A stretch of DNA of 64,000 nt from Mytilus californianus (GCF_021869535.1 NW_026262734.1:98704001-98768000), one strand, 5' to 3'. Shown: positions 25,375 through 39,699, numbered from the stretch's first letter. Notes: generated from the sequence alone by a model not told the origin. Made by a program: numbers and translations.

Positions 25375-27114
25375 GTAAGCTTTGAAATATAGACAAGTCT
25401 GTCTTTATAAAACCATGAAAGTTTCCTATTTTAACTGTAGATAAACCTCTGTCATTTGATAAGGCATGATAAAATAATTAAAATTGAAAGACTGTCTCTT
25501 TGCAAGAGTTTAATCCCTATTCTTTTACCTTTGCGTCCAATAAATATGGCAAATCTGAGCAGTTTTAGGAATATAGAGGCAAAGCAGAACTTTTTGTGGA
25601 ATAAATGCAGTAGAATGTGTGCAATAGTGAAGCAAAGAATTGGAAAAATAATGCTCGTTTTGTGTTTATATGTTATATCTTATGACAGCGTGTTTACTTT
25701 GCAATCGAAAAATACACAGACATGTCATGGACTTAAGTCACATGAAGGTGCCTACCAAAGATATTCTGTTTTAACTCTAATTTATAATATCTCTGAAAAA
25801 AAAGTATGCAACATATCAAGAAATGCCAGTTAAGTCGTCTTTGTAAAAATATAAAATACAGTTCTGATTTGTTTTTATTATTCTAAAGGATGTAATGTTG
25901 GTCATTGATCTTCAGGTATATATTTATTTTCAGTATGAACAAAATTAAAAACAATTTTGTATGAAAATGAATATAAGAGGATATCAAAGAAAGAAAAAAC
26001 TTTTTGGTAGCTAAGTCAGATAATGGAATCAAAACATACACAAAAAAATATCAAAAGGAACACAAATCATCCATTAGTGTAATAAAATTTATCAAAACAC
26101 ATCATTTGATATAAATCTACTTTAAGGTAACAGTTTTTGTCAGTCGATGGCTTGTAATGCACGACCCGGTCAGAAAACAACAAGGTATGTACTATATATA
26201 ACGGAAAATATCCGACTGTGAACAGAAAAACAGCTTGTCTTCAAAAAAATATAGTAAAATTGATTTACATTACAGCCTACTGAAAATGATCAATAAAATA
26301 TGTTCAATTCTATTGCATTTCTTTCAAGAATATGAATAAGGATTACAAAACCCAAGAAGATTCATTTTAAGTAGTAATATTGGAATTTTTAATTTATTTT
26401 TCAGTGATCGCATACTTTTCGAAGCACTTATTACATTGATTTTAATATGTGGTATCCCTTTTGCAAGAGGAGAAAATAATGCAGTTTCAAGTAAAGGTAA
26501 TTTGTAAAAATAAAACAACACTTTATAAACTTCATGCTTCTGAAGCGATTTTCTTGATTTAACTTCGTTAGGAACGCCAGAGCCGAATATTTGAAAACCA
26601 AGGATCTATAAGAAACAGTAAAAGTGCTATATGATCTGAACAGCTCTTAACAAGACTGAACAAGAAATTATTAGTCATTTTCAGTCAATTTTCAGACTTA
26701 TCCGCCGCGGTAAATTCAGTAATGGTCAGACAATTAGCTTGAAGTCAATTAAGATCTGTTCAGTATATGTTCACACTGTCCGTTAGCTGTTTACCTTTAC
26801 AGATTAACAACATACTGAATTGTCTGAAAAGCTAAATAACAGTACTGACATGACTGAATTGACAGCCAGAGAATTGTCTGAACAGTTCTGAATTTTACGC
26901 AATTAAAACATGCTAATATTGACTGAAAGACTGAACATAACTTATCAAGTTATTGTTTAGACATTTCAAACGATGTTAAATTCGTTTACTAGTGCTTCGA
27001 ATGAATGTCATTTTTTAAGATAAGTGTCTTACTAATCATTAAACGTCTAAGGTCACCAAATACTGACAATTACCAAAACATACGTTGAAATAAATTAAAC
27101 ATTTATTTTAATAG

Positions 27115-27423
27115 TCACATGGAGTCTTCAGACAAATCCAGCAGTCTTCGGGAGTAATGCTACTCTTTGTTGTATTATTCAAAATCCTGATACTAATCAC
27201 ATGGCATGGATAAGAGATCCAAAAGCAATGATAATTGCAACTGGAAAAAGCCCTTCGAATCCAATGAAATATTCGGCATCGGTAGAACCAAGAGGAAACA
27301 TTACGTACTATAGACTGACAATTTTCAATATTGTTATGACAGATGTTAACATCAACTATAAATGTGAATCGGGTTTTGATCTATTTGAAAAGAAGTTAGA
27401 AATGAGAGAAGAAAGTTTTGTTA
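27115..27423 (+). CDS. Ig-like domain 1 exon
   Basis: (V)TWSLQTNPAVFGSNATLCCIIQ...MAWIRD...YRLTIFNIVMTDVNINYKCESGF shows the Ig C-W-(L.I...D..Y.C) pattern. atag|309 nt|gtaagt. Confidence 0.85.
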
Positions 27424-28258
27424 GTAAGTTAATTTTTAAGTTTGATTAATTCTTACAAGACATGAAAAGATTATCGAAAAAGACAATGGAATAATTTATT
27501 ATTTTCCAGTAACTTACATATATAATTATATGCCATTAGTCAAAATGCGGAAAACATTTTACTTTTAGTTGTTTACTCTTGTTGAAACCACATATTGTAA
27601 TACGCGTCTGATGACTACCGCAAACTTATATATATATATATATTCTTTTGGAAAAAAGTTATTTCTTACATTTGCAATTTTAATGAAAGGTCTCAAAATG
27701 AGGAAAATTTATCAGTTCTTGCAGCGCAAGATGGACGGCCCGAAGAAAAATGTACGACAAAATTTACATATGTTATTCAAGACATCAAAAAAACACTAAT
27801 ATTTTGTTAACAAGTGGATACTATTTTTCGATAAATACTTAACACAGCTGAACAATGTGATTTTTCAAATTCAAATGTTCACATTTATACTGAATCATAC
27901 ATTCTGTGTTGATATGTTTTTAAGCCTTGGATTGGTTCTGAAGGCTTACAAAGGCAGACAATGACCATTCACCTACTTCGAATTATGAAATTTTTTTTTA
28001 AATATACACTGTCCAAGAAAACCGTGTTGTACTTGTGTTTAAAATCGTTTTTGAACTTATATATAGTAGTCGATACCGGTATACTGTTAGAAACACTTAT
28101 ATTTGTACGGTATAATAATATCGGGATAACATTCATTTTGTATACACATTCTCAACATCCTTTGGGGACATATTGATCCAGTCATGACATGATTTGGTAA
28201 TCTTAAGGCAAATGATGAAAAAATTATACATTGTATATCATAAATTGCTTCGTTTCAG

Positions 28259-28374
28259 TGAAACCGTCCATCGAAGAAACTGCTACAAATATTACAAGAG
28301 TAAACGGAATGATCACATTTTCAATAAGAATGCAAAATCTCTACCCCAAGCCAGATTGTTTTTTCTCATCGAAG
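28259..28374 (+). CDS. Ig-like domain 2, first half
   Basis: KPSIEET...FSIRMQNLYPKPDCFF. tttcag|116 nt|gtagac, phase 1-0. Confidence 0.78.
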
Positions 28375-29695
28375 GTAGACATCTTTTCTCATTACACTAT
28401 TTATCAAAAATAATATTATCTCAGACAAATAAAAGATTTCACAATGGAAGGAAGATTACACACAACAAAAACAACTGCATCAATTATATACAACTTAATC
28501 CTAATAATTACACGGTAGAATTTTAATATCAATCAACACAATTGTTAAAAAAATTGTAAATATTATTTTAATTCCTCTAATAAACACAACCGTTTTTCAA
28601 TATAACGAAGGTTGATATCAATAAATTTCAAACAGTAATCAATATAACTGATGAATTTAGAAACAAATAAGTTGCAGTGTGTAATTTCTTAGGAAAAGAT
28701 TTATTTCAAATGATGAAATTGAAACAGAAGTAAAAGGTTTATACTTTTGTTATTTTTTTAGTTCTGTGAATGCCAAAAAGATATGGAACTGTAATGGGGG
28801 GAGATGTTGCAACTAAATCAACATACATTTATAAAGCCGAGGGTACTGTTAGATGAAGTAAAGCCGTTCAGGATTTCAAAAGTTCAATTCAAGAGAGCAA
28901 TATTATTTCCCAATGTTGATAAAATTATTTAGAACTCATCAAATTGTTTACCTAATACTAAATTATATACTTGTCCCAGTTGCGTTCTTATATATCGGTT
29001 TGTAAATAGTTTAGGAATATAAAAGTGATATTGACCAGTGACGTGCTATACTTTAAGACTATATCGTCCGCACAAGAAATGATTAGCGTGCTGCGTTATC
29101 ACAGTACGTTTCGAAAGAATAGGATATGCGTTCAAATATTATAATTTTATATATTACCAATATTTTGAGGAATTATGCTGTTTTCTTATTATAAGACTAG
29201 TCCAAAATTCACATTACTGTGCTTATTCAGCATTTGTCCTATCACATTAGAAATTGCTTAAACAGTTTTACCAAATTGCATTTAAAAACAAACTGAGCAA
29301 CTGATAAAATATTTTAGTTCATTGCTTCAGTGAATGGTTGTTAGTATGTAGTGAACACAGTAAAATAAAATTATTGCTTACCATCCAAATCCATTTATTT
29401 AATGTCTGTGTCATGAAACTGAAATAAATAAACATCTACTATAATGTCAGAACTGTTACGAAAGCGTCGGTATTGATAACTAGTATTTTATATTTTATAT
29501 GATTGTTTTCTTAGGTTCAACCAAAATCTCTTTTTTGTTTACTATCCGATGATATGTGTATTTCCTGAACACATTGATAAAAATTCAAGATATTAAATAA
29601 ATAATACATTTGCTGAAATAGACAGCCGATAATGAAAGAAATCGAAATTATTCTTGTCAAATTAAAGTTATAATTTCTTTTTTTTTTCATTATAG

Positions 29696-29858
29696 AAGGA
29701 GAAAATTGAAGGTAATATTTCCTTAGAAGAAAACAGCGAACTTTACAACGTACAAATGACTCTCGTGATAAGTGAAGATATGTGTGAAAACAACATTAGT
29801 GCGTATTGTGCTTTAGGAAAGGAAACAGTATCCATTGACTTACCTTCATCTAATAATA
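29696..29858 (+). CDS. Ig-like domain 2, second half
   Basis: KEKIEGN...LYNVQMTLVISEDMCENNISAYCALG. tatag|163 nt|gtaagt, phase 0-1. Confidence 0.78.
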
Positions 29859-31945
29859 GTAAGTAATGTCAGTCTGATGATTACAGAGAAAGAGCAAAAA
29901 GAAGCTCTTTTCAAATTTTACTTGAAGAAGGAATAGTATTTTTGTAGCCAATTTTTACTTTTACTGTCTGCCTGTTTTTGTTGATTGACACTCTTTTCGA
30001 TTGTTTCGTGCTCAAAACTTGTCGAAATTCAACAATGCCATACCATTTTCTGTCTGTTATATGCTTTTATACTGAGAAGACAACGGGTGAAATATTACAA
30101 CAGAAAAAGACAAAATGAATTGAGTAAATGTTATACTGAGTAATTCAAAATTTCAAAACATCAAATTATGACTAAATATTTTCCAACAGTAACCAGACTC
30201 TGACACTTCTAACTACACAGTACCGTAGATGGACTTATTTGTGAAGTTACCGATTGTTAAAGTTGCTGAAAAATAGTATTTTCTTTCGTTATTTTCACAA
30301 ATGATTTATTCAGATGTTATTTGCATGTTGCTAAACACATACGTTCGTGGTTAACCTATCCCTACGAAATCCATGCAAATCATAACCTCACGATTAAGTC
30401 AAATTCATAGTAAACAGTACGAAATTTCATGGTTCTTGATAATGTTTTTTTTTTATTTAGATAAAACAAGTTTGTCGTTCGGTTACAATATCTAAATAAA
30501 AATGTTCGAATGAATAAGTGTCGTGTTTCAATAAATGCTGTAGTGCAATCATCTGGTCATGTGGTTTTGTGAGTCACGATTTCAATGAGGAATATTGCAC
30601 GCATGATAGGAGGCGATAAGCCTGTAACGTCCATTTTTGAGTTCATGCTATTCCTTCAGGTTTTTTTGGCTTGGTTTTTCTCGGGAAACTAACGTTGCCG
30701 ATTATTGTGATCCATTCTCAATTATCCAATTTCGGGTGAATGTAATGACGATAGACATAACTTACAATACTACAGCATTTTTTATATATATATATTGTAG
30801 AAAAACATATACAATGTATTTTTGCAAGGTACATGTATAACCGAATGATGTATGCATTTAGGATATAGATTGCAGTGTGCTTAACAAAAATTAAAACTAT
30901 CCGGTGAAAACTTATCAACGATACCAGAGTTTAGAATGTGGTAGTCCAGACACGCACTTCATCTATATAAGTCTCATCAGTGGCGCTCGAGCAATTGAAA
31001 GGTCAAATCAGATAATCATTAAAACCCGAAAATTCCGAAAAATTTGTGCCAAATACGGCTAAGGCAATTTATGCCTTGGGGGCAGAAAATCCTTAGTGTT
31101 TCGAATAATTCAACATTTTCTGTCTGAATTTTTTCAATTTGTTATAAAACAAATAGCCGCCAAAATATGTTTAAAACATATTACAGAAATTAAAAGGATA
31201 TTATTTATGATGTTTGAAAAATAAATGAAACAGGTCAAAACCAAAAAGAAATTCCATATATTAGTACTAGCAATAATCCCTTGACCTTTCTCGTAATTTT
31301 TGCTATATTTACCCGTATAGTAACATCTAGAAAAATGGTACATTTTTATGTAAACATCATTCTGTTATTTTGGGATAGGAGAAGTTTTGATGCCCCCCTC
31401 AAATCGAAAATAAAAAAAAATATTATAAATCATCCAAATAGCAGGATTTGAATTTTCACAAGACATGAGCCTATCAGCCATCAGTATCTATAGTTTAATA
31501 TATTGTCTTGCATTTTCACATTATGTCTTTAAAATCCTTGCAATTTGTGCAAAACAGCCAAAATATCCCCATTTTGAGATCTTGTAATTAATATTTAGAT
31601 ATGAGCAACAGCTATTTTGCTACAAAATGTATGTTACATATATAGATTCAATTATGTGTAAAATATATCTTTTGGTTGTTGCTCATTACTATTTTGACCG
31701 AAAACAACATGTAAAATGACCATTTTAGGTCTAATATTACATGTTTGTGACATCGTCGCGACATCACAAGTGACCTTTCTGCACTATCCAGATTATTTCA
31801 GCCTGTTCATTTATAAATAAAATTAACATTATTTGAAAGACTTGAATAACTTTACTATGTTTACTATTTCAGGAGCCAAATAGTAGCTTTTTCCATACCT
31901 CCTCCTTTAATTTAAGTTAAAAAAAAATCTAAAATGATCTTTTAG

Positions 31946-32047
31946 GTTGGACGAACAGATGCATTAAAGATAGACATGTAGGAGATGCTGTGTTAATAGT
32001 TACTGTAATAATCAGTATTACGCTGGTATTTATTGTAATAATCACAG
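31946..32047 (+). CDS. Transmembrane exon
   Basis: WTNRCIKDRHVGDAVLIVTVIISITLVFIVIIT. tttag|102 nt|gtaaat, phase 1-1. Confidence 0.78.
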
Positions 32048-32478
32048 GTAAATATAACTGCCCCATAAGCATACAGATTTTCTAAAAGACTCAATCTTGT
32101 ACTATTATTGGGTAATATTTTTATTACCATTATAATTTATCACCCTGATGTTGTAATGTAATTAAATGTTACAAAAAATATTATTAATTTGGATATCATA
32201 GTTTCAATTTTATCCTATCCAGAATTATAATTAAAACAATACCCAATATTCAAATACAATGGCATGAATATGATCTTCTGATCATATTTCACCTTTGTTC
32301 ATTCAAAGAAAAAAATAGTAACGAATGACACAAAACAATCAAAAGACAAGGTCGACTTACTGACTCTAATGATATGAACCTATGAATTATGATGTTTATG
32401 CAATATGCAAGTAGATGATAGTACACACATCAGTATACCTGAAATAAGTCACTATTGATTTTTTAAAATTCATTTTAG

Positions 32479-32543
32479 GTTGGTTGTTAAAGAACTGTCT
32501 TTCCAGAAAATTCAACCATGCTTTTAAACCAGTGTTTGTATAA
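32479..32543 (+). CDS. Terminal exon, short cytoplasmic tail (GWLLKNCLSRKFNHAFKPVFV*)
   Basis: ttttag| acceptor, phase 1, in-frame TAA. Confidence 0.65.
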
Positions 32544-35500
32544 AACATAATTGAAAATACATGTAATTTGTATTATCATTTTTAATTGGTGCAAAAGTTG
32601 GATAAATGTATTAATATTCAATTGGCAACCTACCGCGACAAGGTAAATGGAATCAAATTACACCATGTACATGTTTATAAAATTCATAATCAAAGTGAAA
32701 CTGTAACATTTATCTTAATTATGATGTTCGATTTCTGTCTTAAAACATAACAAGGGAGCAAAGCTTATATGACTGTGGTTCATGCTCCAAAAACTGTAAA
32801 TTGTAAATAAATAATGTTAATCTAGTATTTACTTATAATAATGAAGTTATTGATATTGCTGATGTTTTTAAATATTTAGGTAATGTATTAATGTCAGATT
32901 CTTCTTTCTGTAATTTCAAATCGAAGTTGTAGGTAGAAAGGTAAAAATGCTTCGTATAACATATTGAAGTAAAGTAGAAAGTTGAATTTACCTGTTGATT
33001 GACAAATAGATATTTTTAGTACAATGGTAACCCCAGTTGTGAGATATGGAGCTGTGACAATAGTGATATTTTTAAATATTTTTGTTTACAATTCTATAAA
33101 ATGGTACTTGGTTTGAAGAAGAGTGCACTTAATTTGTTATAATACGGATAATTGGGTATTTCCTTATTAATATTCTGATCAAAAGTAGAATGCTAGCTTT
33201 TTGTTATGAATAGTATGTAATAAGCATGAATGAAATGTGTGCTGTACTTTGCAAATTATTGTAAAACATGCATGTAAAGCATTTTTTTTCCATTTTAAAT
33301 TGATTTCTTGTACTGAAGTGGCTTTTTCTGAAAACTGGCTATCACAAAGTGTACGTAAAAAATAGCCTTGGCTAGGAGGATTTAACAAAGACTGTGTGAT
33401 CAATTTAAGCAGACATGGTATTGAGTACTGCTAAATGTCTTAATTATCGAATATCCAAATCTTAAGTTTGAAAAATATTTAAGTAAACTTTCTTATGACT
33501 TTGGAAAAACTGTTCTGTAATTATAGATGTCGAAACCATAGATTAGAAATTGAGCATGGTCGATTTTGGGAATATGTCGAGACGATCGTATATGTGATAT
33601 ATGTAATATAAATAGTATTGTGATGAATACCGTTATTTGTTTGAATGTATTTTTTTTTCAAAATGAAAGACACAATTTGCTATTTTTTTCAGAAAGCAAC
33701 CACTATAAAATTTAATGAATAAATTCAATAAAAAAATCATAAAAAATAATATCATTCTCGTTATACACAAATTGTATTTGACACACAAGGCATTACAATT
33801 TGTTTTGTGTGTGCTAATTGTTTGTATTCACAATTCCTCAGTTAGGGTCTTTGAGAAATAACAGTTTCAAGTTTAAAGTAAGTAATAGTTGAATGGAATG
33901 TGTCTACAACATGTTCATTAATTATTATGCAAAAATGGTATGTGTATAATCCAATGTTTTATAGATAATGTGATTTTGAGGACTTTCAAAGTTCATGCTT
34001 TTAACATATTTGTATTGATTATAAACTTTATATTTTTTTAATGTCTATTTTTCATAATTTTATATTTAATATGTATAACATATCGAAAACATAGCAAATC
34101 TTCAAATTATCAAACCTTTTATTGTTATTAGCTAATTATTTTAGCATTTATTTTATCTTAAAGAAATCACAATAAAGGACAGGTTTTCCTGAAGAGTAAG
34201 AAGATCAAGCTCTAAAAATGTCAACGGCGTATTACTCATTGCAAGTAAATATTGATGATAAGTTGCATTCGATAATGTCACCATTCACAATTACATCACT
34301 CGTCCATTCAACTTCATTCATTACAGCTAAACGGACGTGTTTGGTCAGCTCCTGATTATTTGCATACTACAACATGTAGCTGTTTATTAAATGGTCCAAC
34401 GACGTACTATTCCATGCTTGCAGAAAGATAATTCAACACTGTACAGCTATCAAAAAAGGTCTGCGTCAGCATACATTCCAAAAATCCACTGTGGATTGTG
34501 GAGTGTGCTACCCTCCGACGTCCGAGGGCCTTCTATCTGTAGTGTTGGATGATGGACCGTCATTTCACCGTCTCAAATATTTGGTCCTAAACATGCTTCC
34601 TGCAGACATTCACTACTACGTCTAGAATGCATGACCAGTAATGCATCGACATGGTTAGCGGACTACCCAGTTGATCTCCTTGTCCCTGAAAACAGCCGTT
34701 GTGAAGAGCAATAAACCAACTCAAAATAGTATAGAAACCAAAAACGTACGTGAAACCAAAATGGCCGCTTCCAGCTGGCTGATCACCTTTTGACAATGGC
34801 AACAAAATATTTACAGCTCACTAAATGTCATCAAGGGCACCGAGAAGACCATGCGAGGCCTGTATACCCAATCAAAGTCGTTAAACACACAAACCAACGA
34901 TAATGTCACAATCGAGGAAAAACGGTGGGAATGGGATAATGACAAGTGACTTATATCTGCATCCATCTGAGACACAGATATTCCATATCAGTCAAAAAAG
35001 TCGTGATTATTGTCCTTACATTTTATAATATGGATGTGCTTTTGATAAAATAAAATACTTCAAAAACATATGTATTCCATATTTTGTTGATTCATTTTGA
35101 TGCCTTAGCTATCGAGCAGGATATAATGTTGCAATTGCATTAATAGTTTTTAAACGTCATCAGTACCTTTTGTACTACGTCAATCAACATTGGGGATTTA
35201 CATGCAAAATAGGAGTTTTATTTAAACAGAAAACGACTATATCGGCAATAAAATTTACCAATAAAATTTGTGAACTATATGCTTAAACCAAAATCTGTAC
35301 ATTAAAAATAAAATGTTGATTTTTTAGTACAGGTAAAATGTATTACAGTTTATATTCGATAGGTTTCGTCCTTTCACCATACCAATTGGCTTGAATAGTT
35401 TTTACAAATAGCAGTACATAGAGATTCAAAATAATCATTTTGTGCACGTATGAAACCTTTGCAAATAAATAGCTTGAAGTGTAAAGAGTATTCAGAACAT

Positions 35501-35619
35501 AAAAATCATTTACAACCAAATTTAAGTGATTTTTTAATTTGTTAATTGTGTAGTTATAGACTATACTGAACATACATTTGTTGAGAACAATTGTTTAATG
35601 AAAAAAATATAATTTGGAT

Positions 35620-35737
35620 ATGAAATCTTTTATTATTATGACAGTGTATATGCTGGTTCTGCTGGGGTGTTGCTACATACAAAGGGAAAGGTCACACTGT
35701 ATAATTTGCTATCATCTCTTTTGTCTTAGTTTAGGTT
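35620..35737 (+). CDS. Possible signal-peptide exon of the LRR-VWA gene
   Basis: MKSFIIMTVYMLVLLGCCYIQRE..., with donor candidates gtaagc and gtaagt nearby. Confidence 0.25.
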
Positions 35738-35966
35738 GTAAGCGACAAGTACTGTAAGTGTGTAGGTGTGAGTAAAAATATAAGAAAGATCTTAATCTCT
35801 GTAATCCTTTATTTACATTTCATTGTGATATTTGCTATTAACTAGGTCATCAATTTTTGAATTATTCAGTAAGCGAACCGTGAAGCTAAAGTATGATGCT
35901 AGCTACTATCCACTCTTCATTTGTAGTCTACTGCTACTACGAATAATGAAAAATTGTTTCCTGTAG

Positions 35967-36256
35967 AAATGCCGAGAGTCTGTTGCAAAACACGGCCACT
36001 ATCGTAGCAATGTTGTCGACCAATTATTGAAGCGTCCTGGCGAAATATTTGTAGCAATGTTAGCCCTTTATTTGAATGGAACTAAATTATAATTAATCTT
36101 CTAATCTGAATTTAAATCTTTAAAACATCTCATTATCTCTCGATCGATGGATCGAATCTTGAAGACAAAAGTTCTTATAACTTGATAAATATTCACATAT
36201 AAAACAATAATTTCTTGGACAATTTGTTACAATTTGGGATTTATTACAGATATAAG
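35967..36256 (+). pseudogene. Decayed LRR exon
   Basis: cctgtag| acceptor, then ...LLKRPGEIFVAMLALYLNGTKL*LIF*SEFKSLKHL and, after a frameshift, HYLSIDGSNLEDKSSYNLINIHI*NNN. Donor gtttga. Confidence 0.4.
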
Positions 36257-37190
36257 GTTTGAAATCATTTTAACATAAAAAATAAAATATATATCGATCA
36301 TGCAAAGCTGGATGTGTACTGATTGATATATTAGTCTTAGAAACATGATTTTTTATTAGTTGTATTTGGCTTTGAACTTTGGCCTTAAAGTAACTGCGAT
36401 CGCGAGTACTCTCAAATCTACATTTTGTGTCTTTTGTGCTTATATTGGGGACTTGTATGTGCTTTGAATCAATCTGATAGGTTTAGCCCATTTCAGCTGA
36501 TTTTATAGCTTGTTATGTCGTACTGGTACACCACTGTCCCACGTTAGCGGGACGGTATGGCACTAGCAAACATGTTTGAAAAAAAGTATATAAAAAATAC
36601 TGACCTCTAAGGCAAATTCAAAAAGGAAAAGTCCCTAAAAACTGACAAAATCAAACGCTATCAATTAACCCCGCCACATTCTCTGTGTGCCTGTCCCAAA
36701 TCAGGAGCCAGTAATTCAGTGGTTGTCGTTTGTTACTGTTTATCATGTTTTTTTTTACGTTTAATGTTTTGTATGTAAACCAGGCCATTAGTTTTCTCGT
36801 TTGGATTGTTTTACATTTGTCATTTCGGGGCCTTTTATAGCTTAATATGCGGTATGGGTTTTGCTCGTTGTACGGTGGCCATTTCTTAACTTCTATGGCA
36901 TTTGGTGTCTGGTGGAGAGCTGTCTAAGTGTCAATCATACCACATCTTCATATTTTTATAATTCCTTCCTTTTCTTCCTTTTATCCACTTTTGATATGAA
37001 GCAAATATATTGGAAACAAACAATATTCAGTGATTGCAACTACTGTAATAGGTCTTTTATATGTAAATACACCTTTATGTATAATGCTTGAACGTGGAGT
37101 ATAGTGTTTTGTGTGTTGTTACGTTTGTTAATTCCATCTGTGTGCCACATACTCATGTAATCATATGACTCTGAATGAAAAAAACTTTAA

Positions 37191-38085
37191 AAAAACAAGA
37201 GGCTCTCAAGAACCTGAATCGCTCACCTGTAATTTTTTGCTTAAATCTTTCATCAATGATTTTTTTTTGCTTTTCAATATAAATTAATGAGTGGCTTAAA
37301 CATGCCATTTAAATGTTCTTTGTATCTGTCATATTTTCTTCAAAAGCAACACAAATGCATTCTACTCCTATGTTCTGTTTTAGCCATAGTGGCTATGTCT
37401 CTTGACGTACAAGGAAATACGATACAAAATTCATACTAGATACTCTGAAACTCATTCAGCCCAAGTTTGGCTGAAATTGATTCAGCAGTTTCAAAGGAGG
37501 AGATTTTTTAAAGTAAGCAAACTAGATGAACAAATTGTGAAAAATTGTCTTTAAAGGGCAATAACTCCTTAAGGGGTCAGTTGACAATTTTGGTCTTATA
37601 AAAACTGATTTGTAGATCTTACTTTGCTGAACATTTTTGCTCTTTGCAGTTTATCTTTATCTATAATAATATTCAATAACCAAAAACTGCAAAATTTCCA
37701 TAAAATTACCAACTTAGTGGCAGCAACCCAACAATGGGTTGTTAGATTCATCTGAAAATTTCAGGGCTGATAGAACTTGACATAATGAACATTTTTACTC
37801 CATGCCAGATTTGTTCTAAATGCTTTAGATTTTGAGACATAAGCCAAAATCTGCATTTTATCCCTATGTTTTTAGCCATGGCGGCCATGTTTTTGACAAA
37901 ACAGAAAATAAAACACAAACTTTATTCTAGATACCCTAAAGATCATTCAGCTTAATTTTGGTTGAAATTGGTTCAGTAGTTTCAGAGAAGAAGATGTTTG
38001 AAATAGTTTACACCGGACAGACGACGACGACGGACGCCAAGTGATGGCAAAAGCTCACCTTTCCTTTGGAAAAGTGAGATAAAAA
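37191..38085. mobile_element. Helentron-associated (HINE-like) non-autonomous element
   Basis: Ends read aacaagaggctctcaag...gctcacc and gacgacgacggacgccaagtgatggcaaaagctcacc. Internal ~150-bp degenerate repeats (tttagccat.g..gc.atgt) are present. Confidence 0.65.
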
Positions 38086-38473
38086 AACATTAGTACGGTA
38101 CGGTACGGTACTATAACTGTTTTATCTCTGAAATTCGGCTCTTTACAAAAGTTTATATACCCACCATTTTTTTCTTAAAATGTCCTGTACCAAGTCAGGA
38201 AAATGGCCATTGTTATATTATAGTTCGTTTCTGTGTGTGTTACATTTTAATGTTGTGTTTTTGTTGTGTCGTTGATCTCCTCTTATATTTGATGCGTTTC
38301 CCTCAGTTTAAGTTTGTAACCAGGATTTGTTTTTATCTCTATCGATTTATGAGTTTCGAACAGCGGTATACTACTGTTGCCTTTATTTATGTAAATCGAT
38401 TCGTCAAGCTAACAGAAATTTTAAACAACTTCTGACTTTTTTTATATCAAGGAATGTTTTATTCTATAAATAT

Positions 38474-38700
38474 GGTCCGCCTCGATGGTCACGTGGTAAT
38501 GAACTCACCACGGGTGATGGAAGCCTTAGGGTCAATCCCCGACAAGGTCGAACCAAAGACTTGAAAATTAGAGTATGCTGCATTACTATTAAGCAAGAGG
38601 CATTTAGGAGTAAGACCAAAGACTCGTCGGCTTGGAGTCAAACTAATGTGTCCAGATAAGATTTCTTTCCGCGCACTGTTACCTTATGAACGAGTACGTC
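38474..38700 (+). mobile_element. tRNA-headed SINE (bivalve Meta-domain-like)
   Basis: Degenerate A/B boxes are followed by accaaagact...taagcaagaggcatttaggagtaagaccaaagactcgtcggcttgg. Confidence 0.55.
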
Positions 38701-39011
38701 TAAATTCTACATATAGTGTTGCTGAAATGCAAAGCAGGATGCCTATTCATAACACATTAATCGTCCTGCATATTTGCCACTGGACGTTTCATACAAACCC
38801 ATTCATCCACCAATTTATTCATTCAGTCATTAATCAATAAACATAAAGACTTTCAGAAGTCTCTGTTTTATATAAAAACACATGGTTCAGAGGGATTTAG
38901 AACTGGACATTGTTTTTGTTGGAGACTATATGTTGAGTCCTAAACTTTTCTTTTTCTTTTGATACATGTAGGCTATATGTCTGATTGTGCTATGGGATTG
39001 ATATTTACCTT

Positions 39012-39618
39012 ACTTTACGGCAAAAGAGATGCCCAATCGTGAACTTTCTATTTCTACGTAGGAACATTCCAGCAGCGCCTGCATATAGACTATATATATA
39101 TCTCCAAGTTGATACAATTTTCAAGGGCATGCATTTCCTATCAAGATTTCTTTGATAGAGGTTTGCTGCTCACAAGGAATCTATTAAACCAAGAGTTCCA
39201 AGTGGTGAAGTTGAAATCATCCCTTCAAAAATTTTACGGACATCATCACAAGTTGGTTGACCGTTATGGAATATTTGTTTCACAAATGACGACGGATATG
39301 TCCCAATCTTCGTAACTTAAGTCCCGTCCTCCTTTTCCCCGAATGTGACCTACCGAATTAGACTTAAAACCGGTTTTTTCTAACATGAGCAACACGACAG
39401 GTGTCACATTTGGAGCAAGATCTGCTTACCTTTCCGGAGCACCTGAGATCACCCCAGGATTTTTTGTGGGGTTCGTGTTGCTCAGTCGTTAGTTTTCTAT
39501 GTGGTGTTTTGTATACTGTTGTTTTTCTTTTGGTCTGTTTCTTTTTTTTGCCATGACGTTGTCAATTTATTTTCGACTTATGAGTTTCAATGTCCCTTTG
39601 GTATCTTTCGCTTCTCTT
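39012..39618 (+). mobile_element. Penelope-like-element-derived fragment (RT C-terminal region plus 3' repeat)
   Basis: Degenerate LY.KRD..IVNFLFLRRNIPAAPAY..YISKLIQFSRACISYQDFFDRGLLLTRNLLNQEF. Confidence 0.7.
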
Positions 39619-39699
39619 TTCCTATTTTATTTACTGGAATCAGACATAAAAATCAATTATATTGATAAGAAAAATAAAGTTTGAATGAATATACGTATT

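Noticed and set aside
26590-26970. Block rich in ctgaac/gttcag motifs with loose inverted ends
   Set aside because: Probably an old MITE, but TIR and TSD could not be fixed well enough to call.
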